A DNA stretch of 64,000 nucleotides from Prorocentrum cordatum (taxonomy: Eukaryota), in contig CAUYUJ010000225.1 of the NCBI GenBank assembly GCA_963575745.1, positions 1,054,001 through 1,118,000 on the forward strand, read 5' to 3'. Both the position numbers and the translations under genes were made by a program. Below the pieces are notes generated by a model. It was given only the letters and a program-made list of their open reading frames with translations. It was not told where the DNA came from and made no database searches. This document shows positions 42,393 to 54,800 of this stretch, one piece after another. Position 1 is the stretch's first letter. Every line of letters starts with the position of its first letter.

Positions 42393-45300
42393 ATGCTCGT
42401 TGACAGCGGAGCCCACGCTCATGTAGTGCCCAAGGCGATGACGGAGAAGTGTGAGCTCACGGGCGAGCGTGGACAATCTCTGCGTTCAAAAACTGGCAAG
42501 GGTATTCGGACATGGGATAAGCGTACGTTGACGGGAGAGGTTTTCGATTCATTCACTCACGACGATCCCAGCTAAGCTCAACGCTGTGCCAGCTGAAGTT
42601 AGAAGAGGAACCCTTTCGGTTGCAGAAAAGAATGATGCAGGTGATTCAGTGCACTTCGATCCTGACGGTGCCCAGATGTTCAAAAACAACAAGGGTGTGC
42701 GGCACGAGTTGGGCAAGGCAAGAGAGTCCACTGCCCCACTTCACCTACGACGGAAAGTGAACGCGTTTCTTCTACCCATGACGTTCAGGGATCCGACAGG
42801 CGACGAGGCCATCATCGGCGACGTTGACGACAACCAGAGGAGCGAGGACGTCGAGATGAGGGAAGAGCCTGCCGAGGGTCAGACTGACAATGGAGCGGCT
42901 AGTTCACGTGATGGCCCACGTGCTGTCGCAGATGATGTTCAAGATTCGGCGGGGACGCCCGTCGCGCCTGGGCTCAAGAGGCCCCTGCAGGTACATGGAG
43001 AACTTGTCAGAGTACACATTCGGGGAGGTCATATCTCCTTCGAGGCTTGGTGTCAGAAGTGCATGATGGGCAGGGGCCAAGAAGACCCCCACCGCGCAAG
43101 AGATCCCAACGCATCAGCTACACCTGTGATTCAGTTCTACTGCGGGTTTCTCCGCCTTGGCGAAGATGGAGCAGGTGGTAGACTCACAGTGGCAGTTGGC
43201 AGAGATCGGAGGACGGGCTATCTCATGGGAGTTGTCGTCGAGGCGAAGGGCAACCAGAGCTACGCGATCGCGGCCATCTGCGAGTACCTGGACGAGCTGG
43301 GCTACATGAGCATGGATGTCCAGTTCGACGGCGAGCCCGCGCTGGAGGCTTTGGTGAGCGGGGTCATCGCCGAGCGGATGAAGAAGCTTGGCAAGGAGGC
43401 CGCGGAGGCTCAGTTGCGAGCACGATGGGTTCAGAAGGGTAGTCATGCTTCTCAAGGTGGCGCTGAGAGCGGAGTCAAGTCGGTGGCAGGTTTAGCAAGA
43501 ACTGGGAGGCTGGCTCTTGAGAAGCGCGACACCATGAAGTTCACAGAGGACGTCCCCATCATCAGCTGGATGATCAGGCACCAGATCTTCTGTCACAACA
43601 GGTACCGGCAGAGGAGGAGCAGTGGTCGCACTTCATTCGAGGAGCTGAGGCTGGCGCCGTACACCTCACCCATGCTGGAGTTCGGGGAGACGGTGATCGG
43701 TAAGGAGCACACCGAGCTGAAGGACAAGCGGGGTACGGCGTGGTGCAAAGGCTTGTGGCTCGGACGGAGTACGAAGAGCGACGCTCACATTCTTGGCACG
43801 GCAACTGGGATAGTTCAGGCAAGGACGGTCAAGCAGCTTACCCGTGAGGAGAGCTTCGACGTGGAGACTCTCAGAGCTATGCGTTGGACGCCCTGGAATA
43901 AAGGCTGGAGTCTACGAGGGCGAAAATTGGCGGCCGACGGAGGGATGTCCTGGTTGTGCGCATGCGGCCGAATGTCAGCACGGACGAGGACGGCCACCAC
44001 GCCATTCACGGACATGCCAGCAGCGTCGGGCCGAGTATGAGAAGGCGATTGCCAACAAGAGCGAGGGGCCTCCACAGGCAGTCGTGGTCCCAGTGCCCGC
44101 GGACAACATGGAGGCGGACAACGGCGAGCAGCGAGCGGAACCACCAGCGGGACCTGAGCCAGACCAACGACAGGATCGCGTTCAGGAGGTTCGGCGGCAG
44201 GTACAGAAGATCGAGAGGAGGCTTCGTGGCACGCAGGAGGTGACCACACCAGGGTCACCGAGCAAGCGTGGAGCCGAGGAAGCTGATCTCGACGAAGGGG
44301 GTCCTGGAGGGCCACCTGGCAGCCGAGGCCTCGTAGGGGCCATCGAGGACATGAGCGCTGACGACCTCAAGAGGCTCGTGGCGGGTTTCACCACCGAGGA
44401 GATGATGAGGCTCGTGGCCGAGGTCGACAAGGAGCTGAAAGACGACAGCGAGTTCAGCATCGCGACGGGCTGGACCGGGGACGACGAGTGGGGGGCCAAG
44501 CAAAGCGAGCTGGATCGGTTCGACGACTGCGAGGTTCGGGAGCTTACTCTCAGAGACCCTCGTGGACCTAAGGCTCTCACGTGGACTTGGGTCCTGGAGA
44601 TGAGGAGTGGCGAACTTAAGGCAAGGCTCTGTGCAAGACCGCTCGGCAAGCAGGTCAATGAGAGCAATAATGAGCTGTGCTGCCCTGCGCCGCTTGCGTT
44701 CTCACTCAAGTTGCTGATGGTCTACGCTATCGTGAAGGATTTCGCGATCTACTTCTTCGACATATCTCGAGCTTTCCTGTGCACGCCGTTTCGAGAGTTG
44801 GTGTATGCAGAGGTTCCTAAGGAGTACTGCCATCTTCCAGATAACTCAGATTGGGTCTTCAACAAGATCAACAAGATAGTCTACGGTCTCGACGAGGCTG
44901 CGATTTCGACGATCATTTTGAGAACATTGCCACTGGGCGGAGCGACGACTCGCACATGACGTTCAAAAGGTTTCTCTCAGACCCGTGCTCGTTCGCAGAT
45001 AAGGCTAATCAGGTGGCGGTGTCCAAGCACGTTGACGACGGCACGGTGGTGGGGCCACGGGTTTCAGCAAAGAAGTCCCTGGAGGAGCTCGGCACTCATC
45101 TTCTAGTCAAGGTTACGGAGATTACGGTTGGAGGTCCTGAGATCAAGCACCTTGGACGTGGCTGGCTGAGGCACCCCCGACGGCATTCAAGTTCGCATGT
45201 GGCCTGCTATCGTGAAGAAGCTTCTCGACATTGAGCCCAATGACAAGAAGACGAGCCCAAAACCAAGAATCAAGAACGAGAAGACGGTCGAGAGCGAGGA

Positions 45301-46727
45301 TGAGTTGGACTCCAAGGCGGCCACCATATTCAGGAGCATCAACGGCCTCAACATGTTCAAATGTTTAGAGAGGCCTGAATGTCAATATGCAACTAAAGAG
45401 TGCTCGAGGGGGATGTCACGGCCTACGGTTCAGGAACAAGCGAGGCTCACGCGCATCATCAGATTCGTTCGAGCTCATCCGTCTTCGGTCACGTGTATGT
45501 ATCCTAAGAACGGCGAGTTCAAGATCACGGGACGTGCAGATTCGAATTGGGCGGAGGATCCTATCGGCAGAAAGTCTACCAGCTGCGGGCAGCTGTTTCT
45601 CAACGGAACACGTATCATGCAGCTCGTTAGGACCCAAGGGGCTCCAGCTCCCTCGTCCCCCGAGGCTGAGTTCAACGCGCTCGTGCACATTGGGATCGAG
45701 TCGAGAGGGGCCCAGACATATCTCAAGGAGCTCTTGGACGAGACGGTGCCCGTGACGCTGGAGAGCGACAATTCGAGCGCCCTGACCCACGTCGAGAAGA
45801 AGAGTCGGCAGGATGCGACACATCGAGTTGAAGGATTTGTGGCTCAAAGACCTCGTCGCGCGCAAAGCTGAGACGAAGGTCAGTACCAACGAGGTCAAGA
45901 CCGACGAGAACACGGCAGATCTTGGGACCAAGCATCTCGCAAGAGCCGATCTTATGAGGCACCTGACGGCAATGAAGGTATGGCTCACTGGGAAGGGCGA
46001 AGTTGGTGGAATTTCGAGTTCAAGTTCAAGCAACGACAAGAAGGGCCAGATCGGTAAGCCTGCGCTGGAGTTGATGGGAGCTCTTACTCAGTGTTTAGTT
46101 GGCTTGGGTGCGTTTCTACAAGTGGGACGTGCTGACGCTACGGAGTTGTGGGATAAGAGCAGCTACCAGCCAGCCGCGATCATTGGTCAAGGTGATGAAG
46201 GCCATTTTGGCAATCCTCACGTGGTCCACACGTTGGCGGTCATCCTTACCACCGTCATCGTGATGGTTACTGCCTACAAAGCTAAGCAGACGATGGACTA
46301 CGCACTACGACCCGCACGCAAGGACGCCTCGACTCAGTACATCTTGAAGCACGCGATGGAGAATCCAGAAATGGACAAATCAGTTAGACTTCATCATCGG
46401 GCCATATTCACAGCCATGACGATCGAGAGTGGACGTCATTACTTACGTGTTCGGAGGGCTGGCCGATCCTTCTCAACATCGAGGAAAGGAGAAATGATCG
46501 AGATGTGTATCGAGACCACCCTCGGCGAGATTGACAGGGAGATAGTCTACAGCATGAACGGCTCTGCAGATAGCTGGCATCCCAGCTCATGTGGTGGTAC
46601 GCTATTGAAGTGTTTCCTGTTGCGTGCCCTATCTTGGCTGTGGCTGCAGATGGTCCCGAGGAGGAGTCCAGGAAACAGGAGATATAACACTGGAGATGAG
46701 AAGATACGTGATGGAATATCTGAGTGA
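42393..46727 (+). pseudogene. pol: pol of element B (PR, IN, RT, RNase H; frameshifted)
   Basis: MLVDSGA (PR); HIRGGH..WCQKC, FDGEPA, SQGGAE (IN); KARLCAR, FDISRAFL, KIVYGL, HVDD (RT); ADSNWA..RKSTS, SSPEAE, RHIELK, NTADLGTK (RH). Confidence 0.9.
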
Positions 46728-46911
46728 GGTTGAGTTTGCGAGGTTGTTGTAATTATGACACTTGTGTACTTTCAAGAGCCAGTTTGGGCTCAACTCATGC
46801 TTGAGATGGAAAAGAGTTTCTACCAGCCCTTTCGGGCAAGGTCCGTAGACCCCCAGCTCCGCCACTTGAAGTTATCAAGATAACATACACTTATTACATC
46901 GAGCACTTGCA
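46667..46911 (+). repeat. 3' LTR of element B
   Basis: Follows the PPT and matches the 5' LTR. Confidence 0.92.
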
Positions 46912-48028
46912 TATCTATATATTTCTACAGGGCCGGGGAGCCCCCCCCCAGCGCCCCCCCCCCAACCAATTTGGCCCTCCCCGGGCCTCCGGGCAAACCT
47001 TCAGACGACCCAGGAGAACCTCACGAGAGTCCGAAGACGGCCCTGCCCTAGACGGGTTCCAGGCGTTCTTGCGCGCTCCCGAAGCGACCTGCAAAGAGCC
47101 CCAATACGGTCCACGACGACCCCCAAGAAGCCGTCATACCCCCAAATATCGTCCCGAAACATCCCAAGAGGCCTCCAAGAGCACCCCCAAGAAGGACCCA
47201 AGAGGCAAAAATCATTGATTTTCTTGGTTTGGGTGAATTTGGGGGTTCTCCTCTTTTCGGCTTCCCGACGCTCCAAGACGGCGGTCTTCTGGGCGTCCGA
47301 AGCCGGCTGGGAAGCTCTAAAATCGCCCCACAACCATCCGAAAGGGCTTCCAGGCAGTCCAAGAGAGCCCCAAAACGGCACAGCAGGGGTCCAAGATGGC
47401 CCTCAGAGAGCCCCATGGCGGCCCAAGATGGCCCCAAGACACCCTCCGAAGCATTCCAAATCGTGACCCGGTCGTTCAGGGAGACCGCGGTTGGAGGCAG
47501 GGAGGCCCGAGGAAACCCCCAGGGGCCCCCAGAACACGCCCAGGAGGCCTCCAGAAGGCCTTAACAAAGCCTGAAACAACTTTTGTGAGGCCCCCAGAGG
47601 CTCTCCAAGGAGGAGCCTCCGCAAAAAGAGCTGAGGAGGATGGGGGAATGCGCAGGGTATGGCGAAAATGAAGAAAAAGAAGCGTGGAAGAAGGATAACG
47701 AATAACATTATTATAGCGGCGATGCCGGAAAAGGCAACAAGGAGTTATCGCTACATTGTCGGCTTGACCTTCCTGCCATTCCGGCTGCATACCAAACTTC
47801 AAGGACCAAAGTGCATGGCGCGAAGCGCCACTCCAGTCTTGTGTATATATATATATATATATATGTATACACAAGATATTATTGGCTCGCTTCGCTTCGC
47901 CACAGCATCTTGTCCCTCATCCTCATCCTTGGCGCAGGAGCGCGGGTCTGGTACCTCGCCGCGCTATGTGGTCACAGAATGTGGCGAGCTCGTGAGCTTT
48001 CATTGCCATAGGAGTGTGAACTTGATGT

Positions 48029-48545
48029 GCGTCGAGGGGCTGTCGTGGGTGTCTGTTTTCGTAAGGAATGAGCATGTGCGCGGACGCAGAGCCACCCAAC
48101 GGGCCGAACCAATTTTTGCTTCACGTTGACGGCTGCTTTTTCTTTTTCGGGCCCGGGTGGGGGGCGTCTGACGCCCTCCGGGCACGCTGGCGTCGAGGGG
48201 CTGTCGTGGGTGTGGGTTTTCGTAAGGAATGAGCATGTCCCGGGGCGCGGAACCACCCGACGGGCCGCACCAATTTTTGGTTCACGTCGACGGCTGCTTG
48301 TTATTTCTCGGGCCCGGGATGGGGGGCGGCTGGCGCCCTCAGGGCACGCCGGCGTCGAGGGGCTGTCGTGGGTGTGGGTTTTTCGTAAGGAAAGAGCATG
48401 TCCCGGGGCGCGGAGCCACCCGACGGGCCGAACCAATTTTTGGTTCACGTTGACGGCTGCTTGTTCTTTTTCGGGCCAAGATGGGGGGCGCCTGGCGCCC
48501 TCAGGGCACGCCGGCGTCGAGGGGCTGTCGTGGGTGTGGGTTTGT
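48029..48545. repeat. About 162-bp tandem repeat, roughly 3.2 copies
   Basis: GCGTCGAGGGGCTGTCGTGGGTGT at 48029, 48190, 48352 and 48514. Confidence 0.9.
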
Positions 48546-49679
48546 ATACGTCGTCTCTGTTCGTGGAGGCCTCATGGATGGCTTCTCGCGGACGTCCTGG
48601 GGGCCTGTTGGGCCTCTTGGGGGCCTCCCGGGGCTGTGTTCGAGCCTTCTGGGGGGTATCCTGGAGCCGAAGGGCCGAAATGTCGGGTCGGATCCTGTCG
48701 TGGAGCCTTCCTTTGAGCCGTCTTGAGGGTCTCCAGGGCCGTCTTGGGAGTCTCTTGCACCGTCTTCGGCCGTCTTGGGGCCGTGTGGGGCGTCTTGGAG
48801 GCCTCTTGGGCCGTCTTGTGACGAACTGGGGCATCTTAGAGCGATCTGTGGGCGTCTTGGAAGGCTTCTGGGGCTGGTCGGACCAGCTTGGCGGTAATTT
48901 CAGGCATTCTCGGGGTTGTCTTGAGCCCGTCCGGGGGGGTGGCGAATTAGGTGACGCACATCCGGGGGGGTTTTCCCTTATCATTTGATAGGGAAAAGGA
49001 ATCTATATGCTTGTGTCTTGGGCATGGCGGGTGTATGTGCGTGCCTGGTTTCGCGTGCGTGCTGCTTGTGTGTGTGTGTGCGTATCGCTGGTTGAGTTGT
49101 GTTCCTATGGCCTTTACAAAGGGGTTCGTCGCACAGTGCCGGGCACTGCTTTGAACAACGCGCATCGCTCAAAGCAGTCCCCGAGACTGCTTTGAACGAT
49201 GCGCAATCCTGGCCAGAAGGGGGCAGGGCAACAGCAGGATCGCCTTCGGCGTGCCCCTACATCTGGAAATCCTCCACATCCTCCTCCTCCTCCTCGTCCT
49301 CATCCTCCCCATCCTGTGCCCTCTCCTGCCTCGTTCTTACTTGCTGATCTGCACCCCCTCTCTTTCCTCCCTTCCCCCGTCTCGGCGACGACGACGACGG
49401 CGACGACGCAACGACGACGACGGCGGCGGTAGCGGCGACGACGACGACGACAGATTGTGTGTCGTGCGTGTGGGTGACATGTCTGCGCGTGCTGTGTCAA
49501 GTCCGAAGCGGGCTTCGTGATGTGTATTGCAAATGGTGAATTGCGAGCTGTGTCACGTGTCGTGCGCTGCATGCTCGAGGGATTTCTGGGCTGTCTTGGG
49601 GGACCCTGGGGAAATACTACTGATGTCCACTGGGCTCGTGAGGTATGTTCTGTCATGTAGGTCTGCCGTGCTTGTCTGC

Positions 49680-49731
49680 CGTGGTGTGCGTGCGTTTGCG
49701 CGTGCGCGTACGTGTGTGCTTGGTGTGTGTG

Positions 49732-49763
<32 letters not shown>

Positions 49764-50010
49764 TGTGTGTGTGTGTTGTGTGTATGCGTGTGTGTATGTG
49801 TGTGCGAGTGTGTGCGTATGTTTACTGCGCATGATGAGTATGTGCGTGTGTGCTTACTTGCGTGTTCGTGTGCTCGGAGCGGCTGTGTGTGTTGCTGTCT
49901 TTGTTTGGGTGGTGTGTTAAGTAGGTGTGTGATGTATGTGTGTGCTTTGCGTGTGCATGTGTGTGTACACGCTGCGTGATGTGTGTGTGTGTGTATATGA
50001 ATGTGTGTGC
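49680..50010. repeat. Degenerate (GT)n microsatellite
   Basis: Direct reading. Confidence 0.9.
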
Positions 50011-51618
50011 TCCGTGTGGACACCCCTGGGCGCTCTTGAGCTGTCTTGTGCCATGGTGGGTAATCTTTGGGAGTCCTCTGGGGAATCGTTTGGAGCTCTT
50101 CTAGGCTGTCATACGCTGTCGCAAGACGGCCCAAGAAGCCGCCACGACGTCCCAAAACAGCTCCAAGAAGTGCCACAGAGGGGGGAACGCAGAAAGATAT
50201 TTCGAGCCCTCCGACCCAAGATGACCCTGAGACCGCCAGCAAGCCCCCAAGAGATATCCAGAAGCTCCAGGATGCCCCCAAGGAGCCCAAATCAGCCCCA
50301 AGAGGCCTCAAAGAAGTCCCCGAGGCCCCCCCAACACCCCAGAACAACCTCTACGAGGGTTCCCATAGTCCTTCCAAGAGATCCCCACAGGCATCCAACA
50401 AGAGTAGAACAAACAATGAATTTGTTTTTTTCTATGCATTTCCATAGTCCAAGCCCAGCAATACGATGTAATGACTTCTCCAGTTCGGAAAAGAGTAGAT
50501 TCTGCTGCAAGGTCCATGTATGACTGGCTTGAGTATAATTAATTGCGCATGCTGGAAAGCAGCAGTGACTGTCAACGAACACCGTCGATGAGCCCGTGCT
50601 CGCGGAAGAACGAGCATATGAAAGGCGCCAGATACGCGGACGCAGCCTCGCTGAGATGATGATAGTCTGAATAAGCCAAGTCCGCCACCGTGCCGCGAGG
50701 CACGAGTCGGAGCACCCTCAGGTCCCTTGCAATCTTCAGCCCTCCGTCCCAAGGATGGACTCTTACGGGGCCCGTGCGCCCAAACTCTCAAATCTTTCAG
50801 GGTTCCCGGCGTGGTGTCCCGGCGCTCCCCGCATGACTTCTTCGGAACCAAGAGGGCCCCAAAACGGGCCAAGAGGGCCCCAGGACAGGCACCGTGGCGG
50901 GATTCGGCGGCGCGCACTCGGGGGAAGTGAGACAGGGCAGGCTTTCTCAGAAAGCGGCGGGGCTTTTTCAGAAGCCCTCCCGCCCTCTGGCAAATCTTCT
51001 GTGTCTTCGGGGGAGGTCTGGAAAACTTCTCGGAAGGCCCTTGGCCATTCCGAGCCTTCTGGCAAGGCCCGCCCCTTCTCAACTCCCCCGTGGTCTCGCC
51101 GCCGACGAATGGGCCGAAGGCCAATAGCTAGTCGGTCTCAGGAATGAACGGGCTGCAAAATTCCCTGCTGCAGAAAAGGCCCTCCACCCCGAAGTACAGC
51201 CAGTCGTTCCTCGCACTCACGGCCACGAGGACCGGGCTCCGCATCACCTCGCTCCTGGCGGGGAAGCACCATGGCGGCTGGATCATCGGCATCACGCGGC
51301 ACCGCGAGGGGTCCTCAGTTTTCAAGAAGCTGTACTGGTCCCCAAAAACAACGAGCGCTGCGCCCTTGGATTTGACGACGGCGGCCCATTCCTCCAGAAA
51401 AGACAGGTCCGCCACCGCGCAACGGGTACTGAGTGTGAATGGGGGGTCCACAGGTCGCATTGACTTCTCTGCGCTGAGTCATGTGAATACCCCTGAAAGG
51501 GCCCAGGGCGCGATGTTCTGGGCGCTTTGGGGCGCTACTGGGGTGGCCCCCTTGTCTTTTTTAACGCCTCGGGGGCGTCGGCATTCGACACCCTCGGCGT
51601 GGCCTACGATGGTCTAAC

Positions 51619-51853
51619 AGTTAGGAGGGGGCGGTAGGCCCGACCAAAAGCTACGCCGTAGGCGAAGCGCAGCTCCAGCTCTGTTGTATCGTAGTAGCGG
51701 TAGTCCCAGTAGTAAGAAGTTGTCGCGGGAGCGACGGGCCATCTCAAGCGACAAATGTTTTCGGTCTCGGCGGCGAATCGTACACCTCGACCTGAGGTAT
51801 GGTCAAATATAAGCGGCCGGCCGCTTGGGCACAAACGGCCACGGACACACGCT
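51619..51853 (-). repeat. Possible 3' LTR of element C
   Basis: On the minus strand it follows purine-rich AGGCGAGAGGTAACG, starts AG and ends CCTAACT, like element A. There is no second copy in the window to confirm it. Confidence 0.35.
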
Positions 51854-54800
51854 CGTTACCTCTCGCCTGTATCCAAGCTCACTCTAGTCGGGGGGGAGGG
51901 AGACGAAGCGTGAGCCAGCCGCTTCTATACAGCAGATACAGCCGCTACTATGTACAAAAGGTAGCAAAAAGGGCGGGGCCGTAAGGAAGGCGGACCCGCA
52001 CGCAAGCTGCTTTGCCTGCACGTTACTGCGCATACGATTGCTCCTCGTCTGGCCAGCCCTATAAGGAATATGGCGCTGTAAGTCATGTTTGAAGGATCGC
52101 GTGCCTCCCATGACCTGTAGGAACATCTCTGTCGAGGCTCCCCTTTGTGTGACCATCCGCGGTCATGTCGCGAGTGTCACACCACTGAATACTATGCACG
52201 ATTCCTCGCTCCATCATCTGTCGTATCCAACTGATGTATCCTAAAAGGGTACACTCAGTCGGCTTCTTTAAGTCTTTGCTTGACAAGGACCAGAAAAACA
52301 GACTCAGCATCTATGGTCAAAGAGACCTTGATGCTCATGCCGCCCAACTCAAGTACGTCTTTCAACTGAGTGGGAGTCAGCGGCCCTGCATGGAGCTCGT
52401 GCAGAGTCATGATCGTGGGATAGCAGTCCTCCAAGTTGCGGGATGCTGCTAGTGTCTGTTGAATAGCTTGAGCGGACCTGCAAGCGGCGAGACTTGCAGT
52501 GCGCATCGATTAAGTGGACGACAGGCTTATCAGATGGCGTGGTTCCACGCCGTAGCAGGTTTGCCCCGCGAATGCCATAGCCTTTGACTTCGCCATCGGC
52601 ATCTCCACTCAGGCGTCGATAGCCCGAGTCGCTGTGCAGGTCAGCTTCGTCCGTTGGAGTCATCGCTTGGTAGGCGATCTTCTTAGGGCAGGCCTGCAAC
52701 TTCCTGGTGATCGCGTTCAGTCGTCGCACTTGTATATTGGTTGGTTATTGGACACGTTGTTGAGAGACCACATCTACCATCAAGCAAGCTTGGGTGAATA
52801 ATGCGTAAGCCAATGCGCCTCTGAGGCTGGCGAACATGTCTGCAACCATCTTGGACGCCCTGGCGTCAGCGTCGGCGACAGTGAGTTCAGGATGTTGTAT
52901 GGGGCGGAGCTGTTTGATGTATTCATATTGGTCCAATGTGAAATTGCCGTCCTCATCCTTGGTATACCTCACAGCACACTTGGCATTTGTATGTTTATTG
53001 AGTTTGCACTTGCCAACAATCTCCTCGGCGCACTTGACGCACTTGTCAATGGCGTCCTCGGTGCCGGCCTGATCGATATCATCAACATGTTTGGCTGTGA
53101 GCAGGTTACTGCTCGTCTCGAACTCCTCGTCTCAGGACGTGGGTCTGGGACCGAAGCCTCGTGGTCCTTCTGAGCTTTAGTGAGAAAGCTATGGGTGCAT
53201 CCTTGGTGCCGGTGCCTGGCTTGAGGCACTGCTGGCAGTGCTTCGACTCGTCGTAGTGCTCGAAGCATGGGAGGGGCCCAAGCGCCGTAGCCGATCCAGG
53301 CGGCAAAGTAAAGCACGCCACGCGTTCTTTCTGACCAGTTGCCTCAGCAAGTTCCTGGTAGGTCAACCCTTTCAGGAAGGTCATGTTGGTGCCGAGGGAA
53401 GCAATGATCCATTGCTTATTGCACGCTGCCGTGCTTGTGAGTAGTCTCTGGCTCGACCGCCGCGCTGTCCCTGAGAAGGTTTTCGCATCGAAAACTTGAA
53501 GGCCCATGAAGCCCCGAAGCGCCAGGCGCAATCTGATGGCACGTTCCATCTCGTCCTTCTCGTTCTTCACGAACTTCCATTTATACACGTACCTCGAAGT
53601 CGTGATGCTTGGCGCCTTAGATATATCTTGCATATTGAAACACTTGTTGTCAAACCAAGATTTGAGTTCAGTAGATAGGGCCTCTGATACTTTATCGGGA
53701 TTCGCCTGGATGTCGGCCTTCGCGAGAAGGTCGTCTGCCTTGACGGCCATAGCTCGCTGTGCCGCGGCGATAACATATACTCGCATGGTGGTTGCACGGT
53801 CGGCATCTAATATCCCGCGCTGTTCGGATAGGACTACCTTTTGACACGTCTGCCGTGAAACAATGTTCTACATATGGACCGTTTTCGTCTGAGTCCAATC
53901 CGTTGCTGTGGTCTTCGACCGCGGAGCATAGTGGGACACGATGCGTCTCTTCGATGTCGGAGTCGCGCGGGCGCCCCCCCACTTAGGCAGGTGTCCCCGC
54001 CGCTCTTCAGCTACATTGACCAGCGCACTGTTGTCGGTAATCATATGTGCGGGTGCAGTGCAGAGGTCGCCTGGTGGAGTTGCCTCCAGTAGTTCCCTTT
54101 CGTCGTGCAGTTCTGTGTACCGCACTTCCATGATATGTGCCTCGAGATCAGCTTCCGATTCTTCACATATCGTAGGGGGCCGTCCATCCTCCTGCGGTGG
54201 TTCGGCTTCTGGGGCTTCTCTGGCGTTTTTGTCTTGTGTAGGTATGTCCGCCAGTTCCTCAAACTTTGTCATATCTTGGTCAACGCCCACTTGAGGTTTC
54301 GTGGACTTTCGGCTCTGGATGGTTCTCGAATGTGCTGATCCAGGTACGTCATGGAAATTCAGGGCAGTGCCTTCTGCTTCATAGCAATGGACACCTGGAT
54401 CCACATCGTTGAATAATGGACCAGCGTGCAACAGTCAGCGTAGGCCACCGGGGGTAGCTCATGGATAATCTTGGCCAACCTAACAAAGACTACGTTCTCA
54501 ATGCTGGAGAAATTTCGGATAAGGTATTGTAACGCCATATGTACCTTAGGAAATAGTCGCCTTGCACATGTCATCTGAAGCGTCCCCTTTTTGGTCGGGA
54601 CGTAGCCAAATGTCATAGCAGGTCTCCCCGCAGGTAGACTGGCCACGAGTGTCAACACTGTCCACAGTGCAGTGTTGTCGGAGCCGATTTCCCTGGCTAT
54701 CAAAGCTTCGATGTAAAGTGAATGTCGTGCGTCGCCATGCTGGCCTTGTACATCGCAGCTTCCCACTCGAATGATCACTTGACCCCTGTCGGGATCATCT

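Larger units (their letters stand above)
38369..42426 (+). pseudogene. gag: gag of element B, split by an insertion and a stop codon
   Basis: MAGLVDTRLPGRPNRYSGNRDEFGTFRY joins QLVSYPGAIDPRL...GLEQWRRL...DPNAMDVG and a degenerate knuckle HCGKYGHKMAD. Confidence 0.8.
38097..46911 (+). mobile_element. Decayed Ty1/copia LTR retrotransposon (element B) with nested insertions
   Basis: Diverged 245-bp LTRs (38097-38341, 46667-46911) ending TTGCA; PBS TGGTAGCG at 38342; PPT GAGGAGGAG at 46658-46666; near-TSD TATGT/TATCT; fragmented gag-PR-IN-RT-RH. Confidence 0.92.

Noticed and set aside
50292..51617. Possible RNase H remnant or host exons
   Set aside because: Only vague motif resemblance (FVDS..., EKSL); it cannot be supported without a search.
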